A stretch of DNA of 62,896 bases, the filler included, from Octopus bimaculoides (Eukaryota): NCBI RefSeq assembly GCF_001194135.2. It is 3 parts of 3 records of this genome, joined end to end, with 100 filler letters (N's around TTAATTAATTAA, not from the genome) between each part and the next. Parts side by side here need not be neighbours in the genome. Positions count along the whole stretch, not along the records: positions 1 to 31,203 come from NC_068981.1; positions 31,304 to 60,294 come from NC_068987.1; 1 more part is not named here. One strand, 5' to 3'. Positions within the stretch are counted from its first letter, which is position 1. Every line of letters starts with the position of its first letter. The position numbers and the translations under genes were made by a program. This document shows, one piece after another, positions 24,981 through 36,310 of the stretch. Under the pieces are notes generated by a model. That model did not search any database. It saw nothing but the letters and a program-made list of their open reading frames with translations, and had not been told where the DNA came from.

Positions 24981-25809
24981 TATGCGTGCATGTTTGTATG
25001 TAAACGTGTGTGCTTTGTGTGTATGTGTCTGCCAATATGTGAGTATGTCAGTATGTGAGTGTACCTATAAGAAAGCGTATATGAATGCGTGTAAATGATT
25101 GTGTATGCGACTACGTATTTGAAAATGTGTTTATATATATGTGTGTGTGCGTGCGGTGCATCTGTGTGTGTGTGCGTGTGTCTGTGTGTGAATTTCCGTA
25201 TGTGTATGTGAGTGTACGTGTATGTCTATGTGTGTGAATGTGTACTGTATGTATGAGGGGGGGGGGGCGCATAATCTCGCGTATTCCCTTTATTATTTTC
25301 TTGCTTAATCTTCAAATGTTTTTCCTACAGTTCCTGGCAGTTAAATTAATGTTTAGGCACCATTTCTTCCAGTTGAATGACCAGTTTGCTTTCTGACATT
25401 TCAACAACAGACCAAAGAGCGCCATCTTCAAGAAAAAAAAAACTTTCGCTATTTACCTTTTTTGTGTGTGTGTCTTTATTTGATTCTTACTTCTGTGCTA
25501 AATTTCCTAACGCCATCTTGTGGCTATTACTTCAAGCTGAGAAACTACTTTCCTCTTTTTCTTTTTTTTTTTCTTTTTCAGTTTCTCTCTTTTATCACCG
25601 CCATTTTGTCACACCCTATATCTCTTTTACTTTTTCTCCTCAACTTCTCTCTTTCTCGCCCTTTATCTTTGTCCTTCTCTAACTCTTTCTCCCTTGTTCT
25701 CTCTCACCTTTTCTGTCTTTCTATCTCTTTCTTTTTCTCAATTTCCAAGCTATTTTCCAGAAAGACAGCACCAAATCCCCTATTGTCTTAATATTATTGA
25801 TTTCAGATT

Positions 25810-26005
25810 TTGGCGCATGGCCAGCAAGTTCGGAAAAGAGAGTTACTCGATTACATCAATCCTGTACTTAACTAGTGCTTATTTAATCGACCTCGAAATG
25901 ATGAAAGGCAAAGTCGACCTCGACGGAATTAGAACTCAGAACATAAAGACGGCCGAAATGTCGCTAAACATTTTTCCCGGCGTTGTAACGATTCTGCCAG
26001 CTCGC
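25810..26005 (-). mobile_element. SINE family A
   Basis: Family consensus match. Confidence 0.85.
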
Positions 26006-26427
26006 AGCCATTTATTGTCTTAATATTAACAATTTTTTTTTTTAACTAGTTTTAAAAGCAAACATACATAAATACTGAATATAGAATGCTGGATTTTTTT
26101 TAACTATTCACAAGGTTGGTCTTTTATAACAGAACCATTTTAATCACATTTCAAACAGACTCAGAAATTCTCTTAACGACTAGTCAAAAACTACTTGTCA
26201 CAAAGTATTCATCAGAGATAGTTTAGGTATAACCACACTTGTTTAGATATATTTCGTACAATATATCCGTTATTCGTTCGCTCTCAGCAAATCTTTAATT
26301 CTGTATGTCTTTCAGTGTAATAATATAGATTTAATCAAAAGATTAAATGTAGTACTTAAAATGCTTGAGGCACCAGAATTTGGTAGGATAAAGACCAAAA
26401 ACAAAATCAAGAGATTTGGTGAATAAA

Positions 26428-26653
26428 ATTTGAAGTTAAGCAACAAAAATTCAATAGGTTATAGCAGTACGTACGTTTCGTACAAGCTCCATTTATTCAT
26501 GTAGTGAGAACACCACAGAAAATACAATGAAAATGTACTCCTCAGCTGCATAATTGTATTTTCTGTGGTGTTCTCACTACATGAATAAATGGAGCTTGTA
26601 CGAAACGTACGTACTGCTATAACTTATTGAATTTTTGTTGCTTAACTTCAAAT
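26428..26653. repeat. Near-perfect inverted repeat: 101-bp arms, 24-nt spacer
   Basis: 26428-26528 is the reverse complement of 26553-26653 with one mismatch. Flanked by the 15-bp direct repeat atgtctttcagtgta at 26305-26319 and 26652-26666. Confidence 0.95.
26459..26553 (-). ncRNA. Type I hammerhead ribozyme motif, core intact, 49-nt helix II insert
   Basis: Minus strand reads UUAU GCAG CUGAGGA GUACA [49 nt] UGUAC GAA AC GUAC GU A CUGC U AUAA. This gives core CUGANGA, G10.1:C11.1, 5-bp helix II, GAAA, a 2-bp helix III with palindromic GUAC tetraloop, a GUA cleavage triplet, and an 8-bp helix I with one bulge. Confidence 0.8.
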
Positions 26654-27062
26654 GTCTTTCAGTGTATTTAAATCTCAAGTTAACTTTCCTTTCGATTTTT
26701 TCTTCTTTTTTTTATCTCATAGTCTATGTAGATTTGCATCTATGCAACTAACTTATCTCTTGTCTATTTATCTCGCAGAAGCATATATCTGTAATCGCTT
26801 TGTCTATTTATAGCGCGCGTGTGCGTGTGTGTCCCATAAATAGATATCTCACTGATATTAGCTACGTTACGTGCACGACTGACCGTGCCGAGACACCAAA
26901 CCTGCTTTTTATGTTTTAGAATATTGGCAGCTAAATACTTCAATACAAATTTATATTCCCACATACTTTTGCTAACGCCACTACCGACTTCATTTTTAAT
27001 AGAACGTCTGCATTTTATCATTTTATATCGTGGACTGTGGTTTGTGATGTTCATTACTTAAG

Positions 27063-27098
<36 letters not shown>

Positions 27099-27704
27099 TG
27101 GTGGGGTGTTGATGATGATGGTGGTAGTAATGATGATGATGGTAGTGGTGGTGCTGGTGCTGGTAGTAATGATGATGATGTTGGGTGGAGGTGATGATAC
27201 AGACATTAATGGATTAGAATATATCAAAAGGTGCATGGTATATACAGCTACCTCACGTGCGCGAATGACAGTGCCGAGACATTATTTCTGCTTTTATGTT
27301 TTCTAATGTTCACATAAATATGTTATTTTCTTATTAGTCATTTAATTTTAGTTTGGAATAATTGCCTCCTAAATCTATTTTTCTATTAAAGTCTCAAGAA
27401 CTACTCAGAATCATTATTGGAATGAAATCATGCTAACAATACTGCGTTGTTCGCTGCATGCTTTTCCGTGGGTGGCAAACGATCATGGGAATACTGACAT
27501 AATTGTCAACGCTGGATTTCGAAAATTATATAATGCATTTCTCCGTCAGAGATCATGATTTATTTTATGTTTGTTGTATTTGCGTAGTGAGATGTTGTTC
27601 ATATTTTCCAATTGCTAAGGCTTCCATAGTTATTCTCTTCATTTTTATGTATATGCAAATCATAGTCCCCTCAACTAATATTTTTCCATCTTCCTTTATT
27701 TTGA

Positions 27705-28326
27705 CTAAGTCCCTACTCCTAATGACCTCAAATTGAGACCTATAATAGCAGGTCCCGCATGCGAAACCCACCGCCTCAGTAACTTTTTAGATACCCTCTT
27801 AAAACCAATCCTCAAGCATGTCAAAAGCTACATAAGGGACGACCTGGATATGCTCAATCACCTTCCTGAAACAATAAACAAAAACACCCTACTAATATCC
27901 TTCGATGTAATCAACTTCTATTCCAATATCCCCCACAACCTAGGAATAGAGGCAATTCAGTTCTGGCTAGAGAATTACGCCAACGAACTCCCACATCGCA
28001 TCAAAAAAGAATTCGTAATAGAAGAGCTAAAATTTATCTTGGAGAATAACTACTTCGTCTTCAAAGACAGCTTGTTCACATAAAGATGTTAATCGGGAAC
28101 TGCGATGGGTACGAGAATGGCCCCCTCGTGGGATATCTAGAAATTAGTCTTTATCGTAAGGTACTAGAAAAATACGGCAACTCATTCTCCCTCTACATAG
28201 AAAATAACTGGAAGAGACACCTGGATGACTGTTTCATTCTTTGGCATGAAAGTATAGAGAGACTTAAAGAATCTCAAGCATTTATAAATGGACTTGATGT
28301 AAACATTCAATTCACGATGGAATATT
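27705..28326 (+). mobile_element. Penelope-like element reverse transcriptase fragment (frameshifted)
   Basis: Translation shows LRPIIAGP..., LISFDVINFYSNIPH, LKFILENNYFVF, G(T)AMGTRMAP and WKRHLDDCFILW...NIQFTMEY, matching PLE RT motifs. Contains stops/frameshifts and is truncated at both ends. Confidence 0.88.
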
Positions 28327-28876
28327 GCAGGAAATTTTGTATGCATAACACTTGGAATTTTAGAAGGGTCTGCACATGACATCTGTCATTTCTTTTTAGC
28401 TTTTTGATCTTGGTCGAAGTTTTTCTCGTTTGAGAAAACCAAATCAAAATCTTCTGCTGCATTTTTCAGTTTGTTTAAGAGCCGTTTAGATCTGATGTAG
28501 TGATATTCATTTGCTTTTGCTGACAAATTAACCTTTCCTCATCATAGAAGACTTATATCTGGTGTCTTCAGGAACAACATTTCTGACTGTTCCTTCTGAC
28601 ACATGGAGATCTTTTGAAAATGACCTCATGGGCTTTCTAGGATTGTAATCAATGGTTTGTTGAATTTGTTGGATAAATTCAGGTGTTCTAATGATTTCAG
28701 AGCGTTTAGAATACTTTTTTAGGCCTTGATAACCACAATAGCAGCATGCCTCTTCATTTCTTGAGTAAGCTGAGGGTCTGCCATTATTATTTTCTGAAAC
28801 AAAAATTATACAGAGTTAGCAAAAAATGCAGCAGTGACCCCAAAAAGGTATGTCCTCAAATACCTTACGCATCCTG
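28320..28876 (-). mobile_element. Tc1/mariner (maT/DD37D-like) transposon, 5' part
   Basis: Minus translation IRTPEFIQQIQQTIDYNPRKPMRSFSKDLHVSEGTVRNVV...FSNEKNFDQDQK...HTKFPA (HTH plus first catalytic D region). TA|CAGG terminus at 28876. Confidence 0.8.
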
Positions 28877-29489
28877 TATATATGTATATATGTATGTTTG
28901 GGTGTATGTATGCCTGTGTGTATGTGTATGCTCCTTTCATTTTAATTATTTGAGTTGTTTCTTGCAAAGAAATTGTTAGCTTCTGACGAAAAGAAACAAA
29001 GCTCCGTCACCGGAATTTAGATAATAAGAACAGGGAAGTGTTACTTGTTGAACTTTAGAAAAGTCTTGCACACGTGTACCATTCTTATTACAGGTTATAT
29101 CTACACAGTGCATGTTAGCCATCCATCTTCTTTATTTGAAAACCCAAGATTTTTCGCGACTGAAACTTAGACATTTAATACCATTGTCATCTGCATCTAC
29201 AATTATCGATACAAACGTGAATTCATAATCTGAGTAGAATGATGCTTTTATTTTGCTTAATAAATGTTGAGTGATAACATGCTATACGTATATACTGTCT
29301 GGGTTGATTGTGTGACTCTCCCCTACTGTTTTTTTTTTGTGTGTGTGTGTTTTCTAATATCCCCATTTATATGGAAGCTTTAAAATGATGTCATGGTTTT
29401 GCGAGTTTTAACATCTTCGAAAACAGATGTCCTCTATAGACTAGTCAAGTATTCAAAATGTCGCTCCAATTACTGGTTAGGTTTGTCTG

Positions 29490-29750
29490 TCATGAGCACT
29501 AGGGTTTAAATGGCCAAGACTTAACTCGGTTTCCCTGTGTATTATTGAGGTTACAACACTCCCTCCTGGTTGGTCGCAAGGTTAACTTCCCAGCTATTGC
29601 TGAAACTCGTCTATAGCTGATTAGACTGACTCGAGCAACGTGAAATGAAGTGTCTTGTCCAAAAACACAACGCACCACCCAGTCCGGGGATCGAAGCCAT
29701 GCTCTTGCGATCGTGAGTGTAACACTCTAACCACTAGAACACGTATTTTC
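29490..29750 (-). mobile_element. Degenerate tRNA/CORE-type SINE
   Basis: gaaatgaagtgtcttgtccaaaaacacaac...ggggatcgaagcc...taaccactag. Confidence 0.55.
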
Positions 29751-30713
29751 ACATAATTAAATGTATCGCGAGATATTGTTTTGCAAGAAGAAAGACTACG
29801 ATATCCGACTACGATATGATTGTTAGAGTTTAGTATATTAGTCTTCGGTCACTTTATCTTTGTTAGCAGCACCTTTGTATGATATATTTCCATTAAAAGC
29901 TTGATATTTATAGTTCACATTGTCAGAAACAGAGGAAAATAGAGACCATCCATAGGAAGCAATTTTTTTATGCGTTCAACTATCAAATATGAACATGTCT
30001 TTAGGCCGAATTCCATATCTCTATCATCTAAAAATGTTATTAAATCCAGCTGTTTCTCAGCAATCTAAATATTTCCAGAATAGATTTTTAGATAGTCCGC
30101 AAATAAATTGAGTTACATTAGTAAGTCTAACACATACATAATGGCTGGACTTTTATGAAAGAAGGCCAGTGGCTTTGTTCCCAAAATAAACAGAAGTATG
30201 TATGTTTATATATACATGATTGTGTGGATGTATGGTGATACGTAGGTAGGAATGGTGATAAGTGGGTGAGTAGTGGGTTAGTAGGTAGGTAAGTAAGTAG
30301 GTATGTAGGTAGGTTGAGAGCGAAGGAGGGAGGTGAGAATTTCATATAGACATGGGTAAGTATGGGTAAGCGAGTAGGTAACTGGGTGTGCACGGATGGC
30401 CATAAAGTATGTAAGTAGTTACGTAAATAGTTTGGTAGGTAAACTGGTAGGTATATTCCTGTGTTAAAATTTATAGTGACTCGGTCTCTCAACGAACTAA
30501 TAGGGAAGCGTTTGCGCAGAGGCTCGATGTACAAGAAATGGCAACCGAATCTCCCTCAAAACATAACCTACAGTCTTCAAAAAAAGGATGTGCCCCTTAA
30601 ATAATGCAGTTCTAGAAACACTATCTGAAAAAAAATCTGGATGATCACAACTAAAATGCTTAGTTACAATATTGAATATATTGACTGAGTATTGTCCATG
30701 CTTGTACTAGGTA

Positions 30714-30934
30714 CAGTAATTCCTCGATTATCGCGGATGTTACGTTCCAAAACACCCCGCGATAGGTGAAAATCCGCGGAATAGAAAAAGTACTGTACTA
30801 TATATTTTTCAATCATTTTTATAATTTGTATATATTTATTTTATTATAAATGCAAAACAACGCCACGGGGGAATCAACATAGGCTTAAATAATAAACCAC
30901 GATAGGTGAACCGCGATATGGCGAGAGATTACTG
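30714..30934. mobile_element. Tigger/pogo-like MITE
   Basis: TIRs cagtaattcctcgattatcgcgg / ccgcgatatggcgagagattactg with TA on both sides. Confidence 0.82.
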
Positions 30935-31303
30935 TATATACATTTGCGTTTAACTCTTAATTGGCTCAGTACACTTAGCTGTAAATAGATACGAATTTTA
31001 GATATGACCAACGCACCTTTATATAACACCACAAAAACAAGCTTTATGGATGAGTATGGTCCATATCTCCAAAAGATGTCAAATTTCACTCGACAGTTTT
31101 ATATTTGAACGATCGATCAATCGGTAGATAGATAGATATATTTTTATTATAGCCACACAGGGCTAAATACAGAAAATGGACAAATTACAATGTAGAGCCT
31201 TTCNNNNNNNNNNNNNNNNNNNNNNNNNNNNNNNNNNNNNNNNNNNNTTAATTAATTAANNNNNNNNNNNNNNNNNNNNNNNNNNNNNNNNNNNNNNNNN
31301 NNN

Positions 31304-31334
<31 letters not shown>

Positions 31335-31499
31335 GCCCTATGTAAACAAACAAGTTTGTTTTTCGAAGCTCTGAAATGTATGCTAAAACAAGTAGAAAGA
31401 TAGATTTTATTCAACGCATAGATACTGAACACTATAGATAGAAAGGATAAAATCCGTTTTTCTTTTTAAAAGCAGAAAACTTTGTCGGCAGCCAGCCAT

Positions 31500-31680
31500 G
31501 GGAACGAAAGCCGGACGAAATGCTTAGCAGTATTTCGTCTGTCTTTACGTTCAGAGTTGAAATTCCACCGAGGTCAACTTTGCCTTTCATCATTTCGAGG
31601 AGTCGATAAATTAAGTACTAATTTCCTACTGGGATCGATCTAATTGACTGCGCCCCTCCCCCAAAAATTTCGGCTCATTG
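31500..31680 (+). mobile_element. SINE family A, 5'-eroded
   Basis: cgaaatgcttagcagtatttcgtctgtctttacgttcagagttgaaattcc... Confidence 0.8.
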
Positions 31681-32483
31681 TATTGTATTGAATTATATTG
31701 TAATATATACGTTTATAATGCCATCATATTATATTATTATATAACTTAATCGACCCTCGCTATGTACGAATATGTCATTCTCTTTTTACCATTCGTAAGA
31801 GCATCTTAATCATCCATTAGTCTACTTTTATCCTCTCTTTTCCAAGCGCTATAACATCTTTCTCCGAGAGAAGTTTGTTTATCACTTCTGCGATTGTATC
31901 TGAAGGGAATTTTCACATTAGATGATTCTTCCCAGAAGAGAAAAGAGATCTTTTGAAAGAAATCTGAAATTGAAAGCACCAAAAATGCTTCTAGAGTTCA
32001 TAAATATGGTTGAATTGTAATAGAATAATTCATTAAGATGTTGATGCTATGCTCTGATTGACAGGAACACAAACGGGCTTTAAGTATTTTGTGGTGTAAA
32101 AAGTGAACATTATTGTAAAGGGAGTGAGATTGCTTGAGAATTTCCTATAAAATCCGACAAGCCCACTAAGGTCATCAATGATTAGAAAATCTGCCTCGTA
32201 AAATCGTGGTGCCGTATATTGTAAACAGTGTAAGAAAGTAATGAAATATGAAATATACGAAGGACATAAACTTGTGAATTGAAAATTCTGATGATGAATT
32301 TGAGTGTAAAACTCGGAAAGTAACATAATAGAAAGAAATGCAGAATTCAACTTTACGGTGATAAAAAAAAAAATCTAAAATGTTCTACATAGAAAGTAAG
32401 GACAAGTATAAAAGGACTGGAAGCATGTTAAAAGAATGAAAAATGCAATGCGACGTATTTTTGATATCGGCGTGTTCATGGTA

Positions 32484-32570
32484 CGGAGAAGGAGAAGGAG
32501 AAGGAGAAGAAGAAGAAGAAGAAGAAGAAGAAGAAGAAGAAGAAGAAGAAGAAGAAGAAGAAGAAGAAGA
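32484..32570. repeat. (AGG/AAG)n purine microsatellite
   Basis: Direct; others at 38680-39050 and 45849-45942 as (CTT)n. Confidence 0.99.
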
Positions 32571-33939
32571 AAATGTGTAATAAGAAGACAAGAAGAGAAG
32601 GAAAACAACAGTTAATAAAAGCAATCATATCAGCAATTACATCTACACACAGAATCCTCTGGCTCCAATATTTGAAAGAAACTTGCAATCTCGAGAACAG
32701 AATGACTGCTATTTCATTAACCAAAAAAAAAAAAAAGAAAACAAATTAATACTTTTCTTTTTCAAAGCCCGTTTTCAAACAACTGGTTTTACTCAAAGTA
32801 TATTTTTAAATATTTATTTTTTTTCTCAAATGGCCCAAACACAATTTCAAACCATACTAATGTAAAACCTATTGCTAAAGAAACCTTCTAATGAAGAGTG
32901 TTCGAATTTTATGAACAACTACCGCCTGCATGAATTACAATTGCGATGGACAGAGTTCCTTCTACGAAGAGGTCTTACAATCTTGGTTCATCGAGAGACT
33001 ATGCTCATGTTTTGGCATACATATCAAAAATTAAAATGTGCAGTAAAATGCTGTGTGTCATTGCATGAGCCTTGGAAACTTCGCGTTGCATTCCTTGGCT
33101 TGACAGATGTCCTCTTGTAAAAATGCCCACCATCAAAGGCGTTTTAACCATGAATATCGCTAAATACACTCAAATATAATCTATCAGTGATTCCAACAAA
33201 CTGCACATTTATTATGTTTTTTTATATGTGTGTATAATGGCTGCATTAAAAGGAGTTTGAGCCGTATGAAACCCTTCTCATTCGTTGACTCGTCGAAAGC
33301 TTTCCTGTCGCATAATGTTACTCTCTGTAAGTCAATGTCTTCAAATGATTTATAATGAAATTTAGAAGTAAACTAGAAATACATATAATAATTGTTCAGA
33401 ATGTATAATGATTTAATGGAGAATTAAAACTTTCAATGCAGCACTTTCCGATGGAGAAGATTGAGATCAAAATAGAACAGAAAAACTCTAAACAAGAGAT
33501 GATTGAAATATGAGGGAAAAGGACTACCATAACCGAGGAAATAGGATGAGGTGAAGGTAATCATCTGTTGAAGGGATACCAAGTAAAAGACAGGGAGAGC
33601 GAAACTAATAACATCAACACCACCAACAAAATATGTACGATCATTAACAACAAAAACATCAACAGCAACAGCAGCGGAAGTTGTCCATGAGAATGAGAAC
33701 AAGCCTGTAATGAAGAAGAACTGCAATTAGGAATGTACAAATTACAACACTGCTACGATGGTGTGGTTGCGCTTGCTGCTGTTTTAAGGAGCTTATTTCA
33801 TCAAAACTGCATAAAACTGCACTCAGTTCACATTACGTGAAAGAAAAAAAAACCATAACTAAAGAAATGGAAAATGATAAAAGGAAAAGCAATGTGAAAA
33901 TAAAAACATAAGCGGCAAGAATAACTATTACAGTCATAT

Positions 33940-34121
33940 TAAACAAATGATAACGATGACGAGGGTGATGATGATGGTGATGGAAGGGGTGGATCAGCTG
34001 GTAGTGATGATGGTGTTGTTGTTGATGATGATGATGCTATTGTAATCATCATCATCATCATTATCATCATCATCGTCGTCGTCGTCGCCATCGTAGTCGT
34101 CGTCGTCGTAGTCGTCGTCGG

Positions 34122-34164
<43 letters not shown>

Positions 34165-34171
34165 GTCATCG

Positions 34172-34218
<47 letters not shown>

Positions 34219-34370
34219 GTCGTCGTCGTCGTCATCATCATCATCATCATCAACATAGTCATTGTTAATCACGCTAATACTAACAATATAGGAATAATGC
34301 AGTGTAAATTAATTAACAGAAATTTTAACGTGCATTCATAAACCAGAAAGAATGATGAGGATAATCATAG

Positions 34371-34409
<39 letters not shown>

Positions 34410-34466
34410 GCATTGTGACACACTTATTATTAATCGCTATTATCATTAATATGGAGATGATGATAG

Positions 34467-34508
<42 letters not shown>

Positions 34509-34843
34509 CGATGATGATAATTCTGCTACTGTTGCTGCTAATGATGATCATGATGATGATGATGAAACTAATGGTGGCGGTGGTGGTGGTGGTAGCTGAT
34601 TTGGAGGAAGTGAAGAAGTATAGAGATTATGAGAGTAATAATGACGTCTGTGAATGTTGTTGAGTTTTATGCAGGCGTTGATCTCAATCATTAACTCATC
34701 GAGCACACTCAGATGACAACGATGGTGTTGATAGCGGTGGGGGTGGGGGAATAGCGATTGCTGCTGTGGTCTGTAGCTGAAAGAAATTGACGATAAAGTG
34801 TCTAATAGCGATGAACGTCGCTTGGTTGTCCCTGTGATAATGG

Positions 34844-34897
<54 letters not shown>

Positions 34898-34898
34898 C

Positions 34899-34933
<35 letters not shown>

Positions 34934-35317
34934 CGATGATGATGATGATGACGATGATGGTGATGGCAGCCCTGTTTTTGCGGTAAAATTCCGGTAGTGA
35001 TAATTATAAGTATAACTGTGATTGAACTGACGACGTTGACGACAATGATGATGATGAGGAGGAGGAGGAGGGAGAGGAGGAGGGATGGGAGGAGGGGAAG
35101 GAGGGGAGAATGAGGGGGGTGGAGATTAGTACCGCAGTCGAGGACGAGGACGGCGATGATTATGTCGATTGCGTGTGATGAGGATGATGACCGGGAGAAC
35201 GAGGAGGGCTAACGATGATCCTGATGATGATGATGTCACCTAATTATACAAAAATTTTGATGGTGGTGACAAGGGCTGTGGCGATGCAGATTGTGATAAT
35301 GATACTGCAAATAATGG

Positions 35318-35355
<38 letters not shown>

Positions 35356-36310
35356 GCGATGCTGACAGTGCTGACTGAGAATCGAGCTGCTGCAGGAGAA
35401 GCAACAAACTATTTCATCATCAAGTGTCAATCAGTGAGGAGAGATTCAGTAATGAAGATAATGACGCTTGTTGTTTACGGCCTGCTTCATTGAAGATGGC
35501 GATGATTGCAGCGATTCTGGCTGATGAAGCAGTCATCACAATCACAACAACAACGAAGAGACGCAGGTGATGATGATGATGAGGATGCTGCTGATGATGA
35601 TGATGACGATGCTGATGATGATGATGATGATGAGGAGGATGCTGATGATGATGATGAGGATGCTGATGATGATGAGGATGATGATGATGAGGATGCTGAT
35701 GATGATGATGAGGAGGATGCTGCTGCTGATGATGATGAGGATGCTGATGATGATGATGATGCTGAGGATGCTGATGATGATGATGATGAGGATGCTGCTG
35801 CTGCTGATGATGATGATTATGGGGCTCTGCTGCTGCTGTTGCTGGAGCTGTGTTGGTGATAATGCTGGTTGTGTTGACGTCAAGGACGAGAATGATCACG
35901 AAGAGGGACGGGAACGATGGCGATGGTGATGGTGTTGGTGATGGAGAATGTACTTTCTTGGCTAGGGTGGTGGTTATAATTGTGTAGATAGAAGTATTGA
36001 TGATGATTTATAATAATAATTATTATTAGTAGTAGTAGTAGCAGTATTAGTGCCAGTAGCAGCAGCAGTAACAGTGGTTGTAGTAGTAGTAGTAGTAGTA
36101 GTAGTAGTGAGATAATGATGATGATGATGATGATGATGACGACAACAACATAAATGACGATTGCATTGATGGGAAAATCATGAATAAGTCAGATTAGCGA
36201 TATCGAATATTTTTACTGTTAATGCAGCCGATCATGCTGCTACTGGTATAGATGAAGCTGATCATGACGCTATTGATAATGATGGTAATGATAATCATTA
36301 TCATCATATC
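33940..36310. repeat. 2.4-kb island of mixed trinucleotide repeats (GAT/CAT/TAT/GTC/GAG/GCT/GTA)
   Basis: Directly visible triplet arrays on alternating strands. Confidence 0.95.

Noticed and set aside
5714-28876. Idea that the two maT-like halves are one element split by 22 kb of insertions
   Set aside because: Their terminal sequences agree only in CAGG and diverge thereafter, so the TIRs do not match.
31204-31303. ttaattaattaa embedded in 100-bp N runs (also 60295-60394)
   Set aside because: Identical six-frame-stop spacer inside fixed-length gaps; an assembly artefact.
32872-33120. 82-aa non-repetitive ORF
   Set aside because: No recognisable motif, no ATG at the listed start, no splice support; possibly a decayed TE.
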